Under the pieces are notes generated by a model. The model was not told the DNA's origin. It ran no database searches and saw only the letters and a list, made by a program, of their open reading frames with translations. A stretch of 11,850 nucleotides of DNA, taken from a virus. Its lineage: Duplodnaviria; Heunggongvirae; Uroviricota; Caudoviricetes. Of the stretch, positions 1 to 6,559 are shown one piece after another (the stretch's first letter is position 1; the number at the start of each line of letters is the position of its first letter). The stretch covers positions 1 to 11,850 of the IMG/VR virus record IMGVR_UViG_2623620491_000015; one strand, 5' to 3'. The position numbers and the translations under genes were made by a program.

Positions 1-333
1 AAGCTCTAATAGCTCCGCAAATTCGCCTACACGCATCCTGCTGGTTGACTGGCCTATTACCACAAAGCCATTCCCGGAAAGGTTAGGAACAACGTCCTGC
101 TGCTTTAATGCTGCGGTAAACACACACTTCCAGCTTTCTGCATCCAGCCAGCGACCATGCCATTCAACCTGACGAGAGACGTCACCTAAGCAGGCCCATA
201 GCTTCCTGTTTTGGTCTAAGCTGCGGTTGCGTTGCTTAAACTCGACAATGATGTCTAAATCGCATGTCCTAAGGTACTGAATGGCGTTATATCTTATAGA
301 TTCATTGGTAAGGTGATATTTGACACATTTCAT
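1..333 (-). CDS. ninB: NinB (Orf-family recombination mediator), C-terminus runs off the left window edge; N-terminal ~34 aa differ from the lambda-type NinB
   Basis: Minus-strand ATG at 333-331 with GAGG 8 nt upstream. Own translation gives MKCVKYHLTNESIRYNAIQYLRTCDLDIIVEFKQRNRSLDQNRKLWACLGDVSRQVEWHGRWLDAESWKCVFTAALKQQDVVPNLSGNGFVVIGQSTSRMRVGEFAELLEL, open to position 1. From RNRSLDQ onward it matches NinB as I recall it. Not in the ORF track because it is edge-truncated. Confidence 0.75.
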   Translation of the reverse strand, partial: MKCVKYHLTNESIRYNAIQYLRTCDLDIIVEFKQRNRSLDQNRKLWACLGDVSRQVEWHGRWLDAESWKCVFTAALKQQDVVPNLSGNGFVVIGQSTSRMRVGEFAELLEL

Positions 334-826
334 TTTAATACCTCGCAAATTCGCCGAAACATTCATCCGCTTTATTTGCATATACTTTATGAGCTTCCTT
401 TGGGTCATCGTAAAACCCAAGATTAACTTTCCTCTTGTTGATTACGATTTGCGCCCTCCATTTTCTTGATTTCTTATCCCATGAAACGCCTTTATATCCT
501 GATTTGTTATTTGCCTTTTTGTTTACGTTTTGGATGTTTTGAGATCGAGTTGCCAATCTAAGATTTGCTATACGATTGTCATCCCTAACGAGATTTATGT
601 GGTCGATATCACTTTTTGGTAGACTGCCATTCATATAGAGCCACGCCAGCCTGTGTGCCTTATAAAGTTTTCCATCGACTTTTATTACCCAGTAGCCTTC
701 GCTACTCTTATGCCCTGCGATATCCCCAGCATTCATTCTCTGGCATTTCTTTACTTTCCATGTGAATTTCCCTGTTAACTCATCGTAGAGAAGGACTTCT
801 TTTAGTCTCTGCTGAGTTATTTGATT
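232..826 (-). mobile_element. Homing-endonuclease cassette inserted in the 5' part of ninB (HNH-AP2 coding segment plus a replacement ninB 5' end)
   Basis: NinB-like sequence sits on both sides: residues 1-32 at 922..827 and from residue ~35 at 231 downward. The intervening segment is visibly AT-rich compared with flanking DNA and encodes the endonuclease domains plus a new ninB start with its own SD. Boundaries are approximate. Confidence 0.5.
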
Positions 827-922
827 GATTGGTTTGGTTGGGTCTGGAAGGATTTGCTGTACTGCGTGAATAGCGTTCTGCTGATGTGCTGGAGATCGAA
901 TTTCAAAGGTTAGTTTTTTCAT
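335..922 (-). CDS. HNH (HNH_3) + AP2-domain homing endonuclease, fused in frame to the first 32 residues of lambda-type NinB
   Basis: Track ORF 335..940 starts at TTG; the ATG at 922 (MKKLTFEI...) has a purine-rich SD (GGGAGAGGGAAG) just upstream. Motif DIDHINLVRDDNRIANLRLATRSQN is HNH_3-like; SGYKGVSWDKKSRKWRAQIVINKRKVNLGFYDDPKEAHKVYANKA is AP2-like. The first 32 aa read like the NinB N-terminus. Confidence 0.8.
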   Translation of the reverse strand: MKKLTFEIRSPAHQQNAIHAVQQILPDPTKPINQITQQRLKEVLLYDELTGKFTWKVKKCQRMNAGDIAGHKSSEGYWVIKVDGKLYKAHRLAWLYMNGSLPKSDIDHINLVRDDNRIANLRLATRSQNIQNVNKKANNKSGYKGVSWDKKSRKWRAQIVINKRKVNLGFYDDPKEAHKVYANKADECFGEFARY

Positions 923-936
923 GACTTCCCTCTCCC

Positions 937-970
937 CCAAATAAAAAGGCCTGCGATTACCAGCAGGCCT
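937..970 (-). terminator. tR2-like intrinsic terminator between helicase and ninB region
   Basis: Perfect 8-bp inverted repeat aggcctgc / gcaggcct (947-954, 963-970) with an 8-nt loop. On the minus strand it is followed by TTTTATTTGG. Confidence 0.6.
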
Positions 971-995
971 GTTATTAGCTCAGTGATGTAGATGG

Positions 996-2372
996 TCATA
1001 CGTCAGCCCCTTGTGCATATCGTCTGCCACGCGCAGCAGGTGCATTTGATGCTGTGCAAATCTGTCTGGCTTCATCCTGGTCACATGCAACAAAGTGTCC
1101 GTTACAGAACCGCTGGTAAACCGTACCAAGCGAGCCAAAACGGTTTTTCGTCACGATGATTTCAGCAAATGGCGCGGCGCTACTGTTCTCGTCATATACC
1201 GCTTCCCGATAGAGCATGATGATTGAGTCTGCGTCCTGTTCAATGCTTCCTGAATCACGCAAATCTGCGTTTGTCGGGCGTTTGTTTGGTCGCTTCTCAA
1301 CATCGCGCGAAAGCTGACTTAGGGAGATAACAGGCGTTTTCAGGTCTTTCGCCATCGCCTTCAGGCTTCCGGAGATGTGAGCAATTGCTAGGTCGTTGCG
1401 GTCTGCTTTCGGCTTCTCAATCAGGCCAAGATAATCCGCCATGATTAGAGACAGGTTTGGATTTTCCTGTTTATGCCGTTCTGCGATTGAGCGTATTTCT
1501 TCGACCGATAACCGCGAGGCATCGACTACCCATACATCCAAATCTGCAAGCTGACTCATGCCGTTAGCAACACGCGCCCAGCCTTCGTCATCCATCGATG
1601 CAGGATTTCGCAGTACGCTAACCGACATCCTCCCGGCGTTGGCAATGCTTCGCTCTGCAATCTGCAATGCGCTCATTTCCATTGAGAAAATCAATACCCC
1701 GCGCCGGACGTCAGAACCAGGAATAACGCGGCTTGCAACGCCTTCGGCAATCTTCAGCGCCAGTTCGGTTTTCCCCATACCAGGACGAGCAGCGATTATC
1801 ACCAGGTCTTCTGCGTTCATCCCTCCGGTGATGGCATCAAGTTCTTCGATTCCGGTCTTCAGGGTATCGGACTCTTCTCCGTTCCTCAGACGCCTGTCAA
1901 GCGTGTCAGTGTAGTCAGTGATGATTTCCCCTAACCGTACAGGTTTAACCTCGTCACGGGGCTTTCTGATAGCTGAGAGACGTTTTACAAGTTCATCCAT
2001 CGCCTGACTCGATGCGTCGATGGTTCCGCTCTGAATTGGTTCACGCATTTCATCCATGATTTCCAGCACCAGACGGCGGTGATAGTTATCCGCGACCATT
2101 CCGGCATATCCCTTCAGGTTTGCGGCACTCGGGCAGTTTTTGCTGGTCATCAGGATTGACGTGAAATGCTCCTCTCCGCATTCCTCAGCAACCATCAGCG
2201 CGTCGATTAGGTTTCTGTTTCGCGCCTGCTTGCGGATAACCTCGAAGGCTTTCCGGTAGAGCGGAATTGAAAACGCTTCCGGCTCCAGCGTTGCCAGAAC
2301 GTCACTGGCGGTTGGAGTTAATCCACCAATCAGCAAGCCACCGATAACGCTCGCTTCGATATCCTGTCTCAT
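996..2372 (-). CDS. Replicative DNA helicase, DnaB family (P22 gp12-like)
   Basis: 458-aa ORF with Walker A ([15 protein letters not shown]) and DnaB-type RecA-fold motifs ([29 protein letters not shown]). ATG at 2372 overlaps the upstream gene's stop (ATGA). Confidence 0.9.
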   Translation of the reverse strand: MRQDIEASVIGGLLIGGLTPTASDVLATLEPEAFSIPLYRKAFEVIRKQARNRNLIDALMVAEECGEEHFTSILMTSKNCPSAANLKGYAGMVADNYHRRLVLEIMDEMREPIQSGTIDASSQAMDELVKRLSAIRKPRDEVKPVRLGEIITDYTDTLDRRLRNGEESDTLKTGIEELDAITGGMNAEDLVIIAARPGMGKTELALKIAEGVASRVIPGSDVRRGVLIFSMEMSALQIAERSIANAGRMSVSVLRNPASMDDEGWARVANGMSQLADLDVWVVDASRLSVEEIRSIAERHKQENPNLSLIMADYLGLIEKPKADRNDLAIAHISGSLKAMAKDLKTPVISLSQLSRDVEKRPNKRPTNADLRDSGSIEQDADSIIMLYREAVYDENSSAAPFAEIIVTKNRFGSLGTVYQRFCNGHFVACDQDEARQICTASNAPAARGRRYAQGADV

Positions 2373-3316
2373 GCAATCCCCCTGTCTGCAAACTTCCCTT
2401 CCCGTACTCCCGTTAACGAATCTTCCCTCAGCAGGTAATCAAAATCTGCCGTCCAGCCCGTGTCGTTGTCTCCGAAGTAAAACGGCTTGGCCTGATGCAC
2501 AAACGCCCTGACATACGCTCTGAAACCGTCCACGTTTGGCGTTTTCAGTTGCGGAATGATTTTCTTCAGGCGACGTTTGCGTTTCTCGTTGACCGCAACA
2601 GCGTGTGGCAGTCTGTCACCGACTTCGGTGTTGTAGGCATTCAGGAAGGATTCATAGTCGATTCGTTCTGCCTTGCGACGTTCAGGTTTAACCTGCCCAT
2701 CGCCTCCCCCATTGGGGGGTAGGGGGGTATTATTTATATTCTTGTTAATACCTTCTTGTTCATGATGTGCGGTTGTTTGTGCGGCTTCATGTGCGCTTTC
2801 ATGTGCGGCATGTACGCTGAAAGCCGCGCCATTACTGGCTTCGTCATGTGCGGCGTCATGTGCGGTTGTTTGTGCGGCTTCATGTGCGGGTGAATTGTCC
2901 ATTTTTTGAGCATATTCATGGTAATTTGTGATGGTGATCACACGACCTTTTTGCTTCTCTCCATCAATGGTGATCATCCCCTCTTTCACAAAAACCTGAA
3001 GCATCCGCTCAACCTGATCACGGCTTGCCGGCTTGCCATGCCTGTCGCATAACTGAAGACCTAAATCAGCTGCTGTCACAACCAGTTGACCGGGTTGCAG
3101 ATGCCATTCATGACCTTTGAAATTCGCTTTGTATGGCTTTCTGGCGGCATTCAGGAGAAGGTTTTCCCACAGGGTGCGAAGATAAACATCTTTCGCCCAT
3201 GACTGTTTCAGAATGCTCCGGTACAACGGAATGTAACCAGTTTTCTGGTTCTCCATCCTGTTGCTCCTGCGCTCGTGTGCGGCGCTGAAATCGTAGATTT
3301 TTGCTGTGTTGCTCAT
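2369..3316 (-). CDS. Replication initiator protein (lambda O / P22 gp18-like) with a repetitive Ala/His-rich linker
   Basis: 315-aa ORF. The N-terminus [10 protein letters not shown] resembles lambda O (MTNTAKILNF). It sits immediately upstream of, and translationally coupled to, the helicase gene. The internal repeat region coincides with the iteron-like DNA repeats. Confidence 0.8.
   Translation of the reverse strand: MSNTAKIYDFSAAHERRSNRMENQKTGYIPLYRSILKQSWAKDVYLRTLWENLLLNAARKPYKANFKGHEWHLQPGQLVVTAADLGLQLCDRHGKPASRDQVERMLQVFVKEGMITIDGEKQKGRVITITNYHEYAQKMDNSPAHEAAQTTAHDAAHDEASNGAAFSVHAAHESAHEAAQTTAHHEQEGINKNINNTPLPPNGGGDGQVKPERRKAERIDYESFLNAYNTEVGDRLPHAVAVNEKRKRRLKKIIPQLKTPNVDGFRAYVRAFVHQAKPFYFGDNDTGWTADFDYLLREDSLTGVREGKFADRGIA
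2766..2894. repeat. Eight copies of a 12-bp direct repeat TGTGCGGnnnnn in two clusters of four; candidate ori iterons
   Basis: Units at 2766, 2778, 2790, 2802 and 2847, 2859, 2871, 2883 (tgtgcggttgtt, tgtgcggcttca, tgtgcgctttca, ...). A G-rich then AT-rich stretch follows at 2710-2760 (ggggggtaggggggtattatttatattcttgttaata). This is the same arrangement as ori-lambda inside O. Confidence 0.55.
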
Positions 3317-3318
3317 AA

Positions 3319-3591
3319 CTACCTGCCTTGACGAAAGACCTTAAGAACATCGTTAAACTGACTTACGGATATGTCTTCTTTGAGCAGCTTTTCCAGAAAT
3401 GCGTTTGGAATGAACGTATATCCATCCTCTTTTGGTAGAGACGGGAGCAACGCCCTCGCCTCAGCCTTCAGAAGCTCAGTTCTGGCAACTTTCACAAAAG
3501 AGATTTGAGTTCTTTCATCAATGGAACGAAGGAAGCGCAAACGCTTAGCTTCTTTGTGTGTATCAGGTGGATTAAAGCCTTTGTTTCGCAT
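3319..3591 (-). CDS. Hypothetical protein (90 aa) between cII and the O-like gene
   Basis: Internal ATG of track ORF 3319..3756 at 3591 with GAGG SD. The upstream part of the track ORF overlaps cII in another frame and is discarded. The stop abuts the O-like start. Confidence 0.55.
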   Translation of the reverse strand: MRNKGFNPPDTHKEAKRLRFLRSIDERTQISFVKVARTELLKAEARALLPSLPKEDGYTFIPNAFLEKLLKEDISVSQFNDVLKVFRQGR

Positions 3592-3602
3592 ATAATTACC
3601 TC

Positions 3603-3669
3603 GTTGGATGTTGTTAAAATTCCATTTGTATTTGATCAGAACGCTCGGTTGCCGCCGGGCGTTTTTTAT
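3603..3669 (+). ncRNA. oop: oop-like antisense RNA overlapping the 3' end of cII
   Basis: Plus-strand TATAAT at 3591-3596. The 3' end CAGAACGCTCGGTTGCCGCCGGGCGTTTTTTATT matches the lambda oop terminator as I recall it. It is antisense to the last ~55 nt of cII. The 5' end is an estimate. Confidence 0.6.
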
Positions 3670-3910
3670 TGGTGAGTCCATCAAGCGCATACTTAAAAGC
3701 CCTGCTAATCGGACTGATATCTGATGCCATTCCGAAAGCACACAAGACCGAGGCAATAAATCTCCAGTCCGTTCTGCTTATCTTCGATTCATGACAGCCA
3801 ATCATCTTTGCCAGACCGCGCTGGGTAAGTGTTGACAGGTTGATGAGTAAATCGGTTTCTGCGCGATCAACATCGCGCTGTGATAGTTTGCTGTAACTTG
3901 TTTGTTCCAT
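3614..3910 (-). CDS. cII: Transcriptional activator CII
   Basis: 98 aa. The C-terminus LTNKKRPAATERSDQIQMEF and the central ...ESKISR... match lambda CII. Position between cro and the replication genes fits. Confidence 0.9.
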   Translation of the reverse strand: MEQTSYSKLSQRDVDRAETDLLINLSTLTQRGLAKMIGCHESKISRTDWRFIASVLCAFGMASDISPISRAFKYALDGLTNKKRPAATERSDQIQMEF

Positions 3911-3925
3911 TTCTTACTATTTCCA
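3888..3925 (+). promoter_or_regulatory. PRE-like promoter with CII-box repeats (TTGC-N6-TTGT) overlapping the cII start
   Basis: ttgc tgtaac ttgt at 3888-3901, immediately beside the cII ATG (complement of 3908-3910). Same geometry as lambda PRE, oriented toward cro and cI. Confidence 0.5.
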
Positions 3926-3974
3926 TAGGTAAATAATCACTAATACTCATCTTTCGATGAGCGATTAATTAGTT

Positions 3975-4010
3975 ACCGCGTTGTCGGCGGTGCAGATTGA
4001 TAAAGAGCGG
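3975..4010 (-). promoter_or_regulatory. nutR (boxA + P22-type boxB)
   Basis: Minus strand reads CCGCTCTTTA (boxA, 4001-4010), then ACCGCCGACAACGCGGT (boxB hairpin, 3975-3991), between cro and cII. Confidence 0.7.
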
Positions 4011-4019
4011 ATCCGCTTA

Positions 4020-4235
4020 TTAAGCGGCTTTGTGTTCCGGCGGGAACACGTCATCAAGACTGACTTTTGCGCCTAACTTGTTTAGGCACGCAACAAGAGC
4101 ACGGCATGTTTTAAGGTCTGGGAAGCGACGACCAGATTCCCAATGTCCGATAGCTCCCTGTGTGCATCCAACCGCCTTAGCAAGTGTTGTTTGAGAGATA
4201 TTCAGTGACTCTCGATATTTTCGTAGGTTGCTCAT
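4020..4235 (-). CDS. cro: Cro-like HTH repressor (71 aa)
   Basis: Internal ATG at 4235 with GGAGGG SD directly upstream. HTH region SQTTLAKAVGCTQGAIGHWESGRR. Divergent from cI across the operator region. The 5' extension of the track ORF is discarded. Confidence 0.8.
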   Translation of the reverse strand: MSNLRKYRESLNISQTTLAKAVGCTQGAIGHWESGRRFPDLKTCRALVACLNKLGAKVSLDDVFPPEHKAA

Positions 4236-4346
4236 ATGCCCTCCATAGTAACCATGAAACAATAATACGATATGTACTTTTGGAATGCAAACAAAAAATA
4301 CATCTTGTGCATGGATGGTTTTAGTACATAGCGTAATAATAAGGAT
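4236..4346. promoter_or_regulatory. OR region: divergent PR/PRM with repeated ~17-bp operator motif
   Basis: Operator-like sites at 4262-4280 and 4321-4339 are inverted copies (AGTACATAnCGTAnTA) and are partly palindromic. PR candidate on the minus strand: -35 TTGCAT (complement of 4285-4290), 17 bp, -10 TATTAT (complement of 4262-4267). cI may be nearly leaderless. Confidence 0.6.
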
Positions 4347-5006
4347 ATGAAAATGAAATGGTATGAACTGGCTAGATCCAGAATGAAAGAGCTCGGCATA
4401 ACTCAAGAGAAGTTAGCTGAAGAGCTTGGTATGACGCAGGGTGGAATTGGTCACTGGTTGCGCGGATCTCGTCATCCATCTCTTGACGAGATTGGTGTGG
4501 TGTTTAAATACCTTGGTATTGATAACGTCTCATTCAACCACGACGGTACATTTTCACCTGCTGGCGAATACTCATCTGCCCCCGTTAAAAAACAATATGA
4601 GTACCCTGTTTTTTCTCATGTTCAGGCCGGGATGTTCTCGCCTGAGCTTAGAACCTTTACCAAAGGTGATGCGGAGAGATGGGTCAGCACAACCAAAAAA
4701 GCCAGTGATTGTGCGTTTTGGCTTGAAGTTGAAGGTAATTCCATGACCGCACCAACAGGATCCAAGCCAAGCTTTCCTGACGGAATGTTAATTCTCGTTG
4801 ACCCTGAGCAGGCTGTTGAGCCAGGAGATTTCTGCATAGCCAGACTTGGCGGTGACGAGTTTACCTTCAAGAAACTGATCAGGGATAGCGGTCAGGTGTT
4901 CCTACAACCACTAAACCCGCAATATCCAATGATCCCATGCAATGATAGCTGTTCCGTAGTAGGGAAAGTTATCGCCAGCCAGTGGCCTGAAGAGACATTT
5001 AGTTAA
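4347..5006 (+). CDS. cI: CI repressor (LexA-like S24 autocleavage domain); lambda-type C-terminal domain with a non-lambda N-terminal HTH domain
   Basis: The C-terminal ~125 aa ([22 protein letters not shown]...[11 protein letters not shown]) are near-identical to lambda CI as I recall it. N-terminal HTH is [25 protein letters not shown]. Alternative start ATG at 4353 with AAGGA SD. Confidence 0.9.
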   Translation: MKMKWYELARSRMKELGITQEKLAEELGMTQGGIGHWLRGSRHPSLDEIGVVFKYLGIDNVSFNHDGTFSPAGEYSSAPVKKQYEYPVFSHVQAGMFSPELRTFTKGDAERWVSTTKKASDCAFWLEVEGNSMTAPTGSKPSFPDGMLILVDPEQAVEPGDFCIARLGGDEFTFKKLIRDSGQVFLQPLNPQYPMIPCNDSCSVVGKVIASQWPEETFS

Positions 5007-5038
5007 CAGCCTCACCACTCTAAAACACACAACAATAA

Positions 5039-5066
5039 CCCGACCTTAGCGTCGGGTTTTCTTTTT
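5039..5066 (+). terminator. Intrinsic terminator downstream of cI
   Basis: cccgac-cttagc-gtcggg hairpin followed by TTTTCTTTTT. Confidence 0.7.
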
Positions 5067-5085
5067 CCAAAATATAAATCAATAA

Positions 5086-5160
5086 AATACAAAGTGTTAT
5101 AAAAAACCAACCACATTTAGAACATTTTGTATTGACTCAATAAAGTACACATCGTACTAT
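5086..5160 (+). promoter_or_regulatory. OL/PL: leftward early promoter with operator sites
   Basis: -35 TTGACT (5132-5137), 17 bp, -10 TACTAT (5155-5160). Site AGTACACATCGTACTAT (5144-5160) matches the OR motif. Inverted pair aatacaaagtgtt (5086-5098) / aacattttgtatt (5121-5133) lies upstream. Confidence 0.6.
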
Positions 5161-5206
5161 TTAGCCATCAGCAGGAAGCTGGAAGCCAAACGGAACAGAT
5201 TGGCAG

Positions 5207-5240
5207 GCTCTTTAACTTCGATGGGGCGCTGACAAAGCGC
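5207..5240 (+). promoter_or_regulatory. nutL (boxA GCTCTTTAAC + P22-type boxB GCGCTGACAAAGCGC)
   Basis: boxA-like at 5207-5216 and a perfect 5-bp stem / 5-nt loop hairpin at 5226-5240, in the PL leader upstream of N. Confidence 0.75.
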
Positions 5241-5359
5241 AAACAGATACCAAACGAGATGGGTTTGGCGGTGATGTGAATTGCAGCTGCAACGACAGCA
5301 ACCAGAAGATCAGCACCTGGCGCATCACCACCAAAGCCATTTCACATGAGGAAAATATC

Positions 5360-5668
5360 ATGACGGTAATCGTGTACGGAAAATCAACATTTGCAGGAAA
5401 TGCCAAAACTCGCCGTCATGAGCGGCGCAGAAAGCTGGCTATCGAGCGTGATGCTATATGCAACATCATCGATTCGATCTTCGGCACAGACAGTGAGGAA
5501 CCTGTTCAGGAAGCCCCGAGAAAGCGTTTAAGCATTTCTGAAAAAGCAATATCACTCGGCATCATTAGCAAATCAAATACAGATGCGAATAGCGGAAGCG
5601 TTTGTTTGCCTGAAGTTGCACTGTATGCTGCTGGTTACAGAAGGCAAAAACTAATTACAGCGAGGTAA
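5360..5668 (+). CDS. N: Antitermination protein N (P22 gp24-type arginine-rich motif)
   Basis: ATG at 5360 with GAGGA SD. N-terminus MTVIVYGKSTFAGNAKTRRHERRRKLAIER matches the boxB-binding peptide of P22 N. The upstream part of the track ORF is discarded. Confidence 0.85.
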   Translation: MTVIVYGKSTFAGNAKTRRHERRRKLAIERDAICNIIDSIFGTDSEEPVQEAPRKRLSISEKAISLGIISKSNTDANSGSVCLPEVALYAAGYRRQKLITAR

Positions 5669-5670
5669 AA

Positions 5671-5949
5671 ATGAAGCCTAGCATAACAATCAAGCCAGCG
5701 AGAGATAATAGCAGGAACCGCCGCAGAGAGGCCAGGAAGGCAGAAAGAGCAGAGAAGGAAAACAAGAGCCGGGAGGAGAGAAAGGCAGAGATTTTGGAAA
5801 AAGGAGGATTGGCTGCCGTGAGGGGTGAAAAAGCAGCTGAATTAGCAGTAGCTCACGAAAAGACAGAGATTGACAATAATTCTGGTGGAGATGCAATGTT
5901 TAAAGTTGTCAATCACGCCCATCAACGAAACCCCAAAAAGAAATGGTAA
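5671..5949 (+). CDS. Hypothetical highly charged (Arg/Lys/Glu-rich) 92-aa protein
   Basis: ATG 3 nt after the N stop with GAGG SD. The DNA is strongly purine-rich on the coding strand. Ends just before a terminator. Confidence 0.55.
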   Translation: MKPSITIKPARDNSRNRRREARKAERAEKENKSREERKAEILEKGGLAAVRGEKAAELAVAHEKTEIDNNSGGDAMFKVVNHAHQRNPKKKW

Positions 5950-5952
5950 TCA

Positions 5953-5977
5953 ACCCGTCCAAGACGGGTTTTTTATT
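5953..5977 (+). terminator. Intrinsic terminator (tL1-like)
   Basis: cccgtc-caa-gacggg hairpin followed by TTTTTTATT. Confidence 0.7.
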
Positions 5978-6006
5978 GCAAGCAAACCACTTATTTGAGA
6001 TGAGAT

Positions 6007-6372
6007 ATGGAAGAACAAGCAAACAAGATTCTCGTAGAACTACTGCAAAAAGCCAGCAATGGAATAGACGCGGCTGTTTCATTTAGCCAGGCACAGATTC
6101 CTGATGTCATCCATCAGCTTTTGATGTGGCACGCCGTATCATCAGCTGGAATTCAGGCTATCTGTGTATTGGTGATTATAGCGTGTGTTTATCTGATGAT
6201 TTTTGCATGGAATAAAGGAGATGATGCGGATGTTGTTCTTTTATCGCTACTTGTAACATCAGGAATAGCGATTACTTCTATTGTTGTTTTCTTCAATTAT
6301 TTCGACTGGCTGAAAATCTGGCTTGCTCCAAAACTTTACCTTATCGAATATGCAGCATCATTGGTTAAGTAA
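6007..6372 (+). CDS. Hypothetical small membrane protein (two predicted TM helices)
   Basis: 121 aa. Hydrophobic segments IQAICVLVIIACVYLMIFAW and VVLLSLLVTSGIAITSIVVFF. Sits where lambdoid phages carry sieB/ral-type accessory genes. Weak SD. Confidence 0.55.
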   Translation: MEEQANKILVELLQKASNGIDAAVSFSQAQIPDVIHQLLMWHAVSSAGIQAICVLVIIACVYLMIFAWNKGDDADVVLLSLLVTSGIAITSIVVFFNYFDWLKIWLAPKLYLIEYAASLVK

Positions 6373-6376
6373 TTTC

Positions 6377-6402
6377 AGGCCGCATAGTCGGCCTTCATTT
6401 TT
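6377..6402 (+). terminator. Intrinsic terminator
   Basis: aggccg-catagt-cggcct hairpin followed by TCATTTTT. Confidence 0.6.
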
Positions 6403-6404
6403 GG

Positions 6405-6547
6405 CATAAACAACAGAATAAACACTGCACTGTGTATTCATTCCAACGAGTGAATACACGGAGCAATGTCGCTCGTAACTAAACAGGAGCCGACTTGTTC
6501 TGATTATTGGAAATCTTCTTTGCCCTCCAGTGTGAGGGCATTTTTTT
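6405..6547 (+). ncRNA. Candidate structured non-coding RNA or leader bounded by two terminators
   Basis: No ORF. 9-bp perfect inverted repeat gtgtattca / tgaatacac (6432-6440, 6451-6459), additional pairing acgag / ctcgt, and a terminal intrinsic terminator gccctc-cagtgt-gagggc + TTTTTTT (6522-6547). Confidence 0.35.
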
Positions 6548-6559
6548 GACGGAGGAAAT

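Noticed and set aside
923-940. TTG start at 940 for the HNH ORF
   Set aside because: The in-frame ATG at 922 has a strong purine-rich SD and matches the NinB N-terminus MKKLTFEI. The TTG extension would start inside the SD.
1558-1914. Plus-strand 118-aa ORF inside the helicase gene
   Set aside because: Antisense to a confidently identified DnaB-family gene, with no SD and low-complexity Ser/Ala/Pro-rich translation.
2495-2722. Plus-strand 75-aa ORF antisense to the O-like gene
   Set aside because: Lies entirely within the replication initiator gene on the opposite strand, with no ribosome-binding site.
2734-2919. Track ORF (minus, 61 aa) with a repetitive HMKPHKQPH translation
   Set aside because: It is an alternative frame through the 12-bp repeat array inside the O-like gene. 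Its periodicity is a by-product of the DNA repeats and it has no independent start signal.
3108-3350. Minus-strand 80-aa ORF overlapping the 5' part of the O-like gene in another frame
   Set aside because: Out of frame with the well-supported initiator gene.
3592-3756. 5' extension of track ORF 3319..3756
   Set aside because: This part overlaps cII in a different frame. The internal ATG at 3591 with an SD is the supported start.
4236-4406. 5' extension of the cro ORF (128 aa) across the operator region
   Set aside because: It would read through OR and the cI start. The internal ATG at 4235 has a strong GGAGGG SD and gives a Cro-sized HTH protein.
4441-4870. Track ORFs 4441..4746 (+) and 4622..4870 (-) inside cI
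   Set aside because: Alternative-frame and antisense ORFs within a confidently identified repressor gene.
5212-5406. Minus-strand 64-aa ORF across nutL and the N start, and the 5' extension of the N ORF from 5276
   Set aside because: The region holds nutL boxA/boxB and the N leader. N homology begins at the ATG at 5360.
5690-5896. Minus-strand 68-aa ORF antisense to the charged 92-aa gene
   Set aside because: Pyrimidine-rich antisense frame of a purine-rich coding stretch, with no start context. Retained only as a caveat that the 92-aa gene itself is low-complexity.
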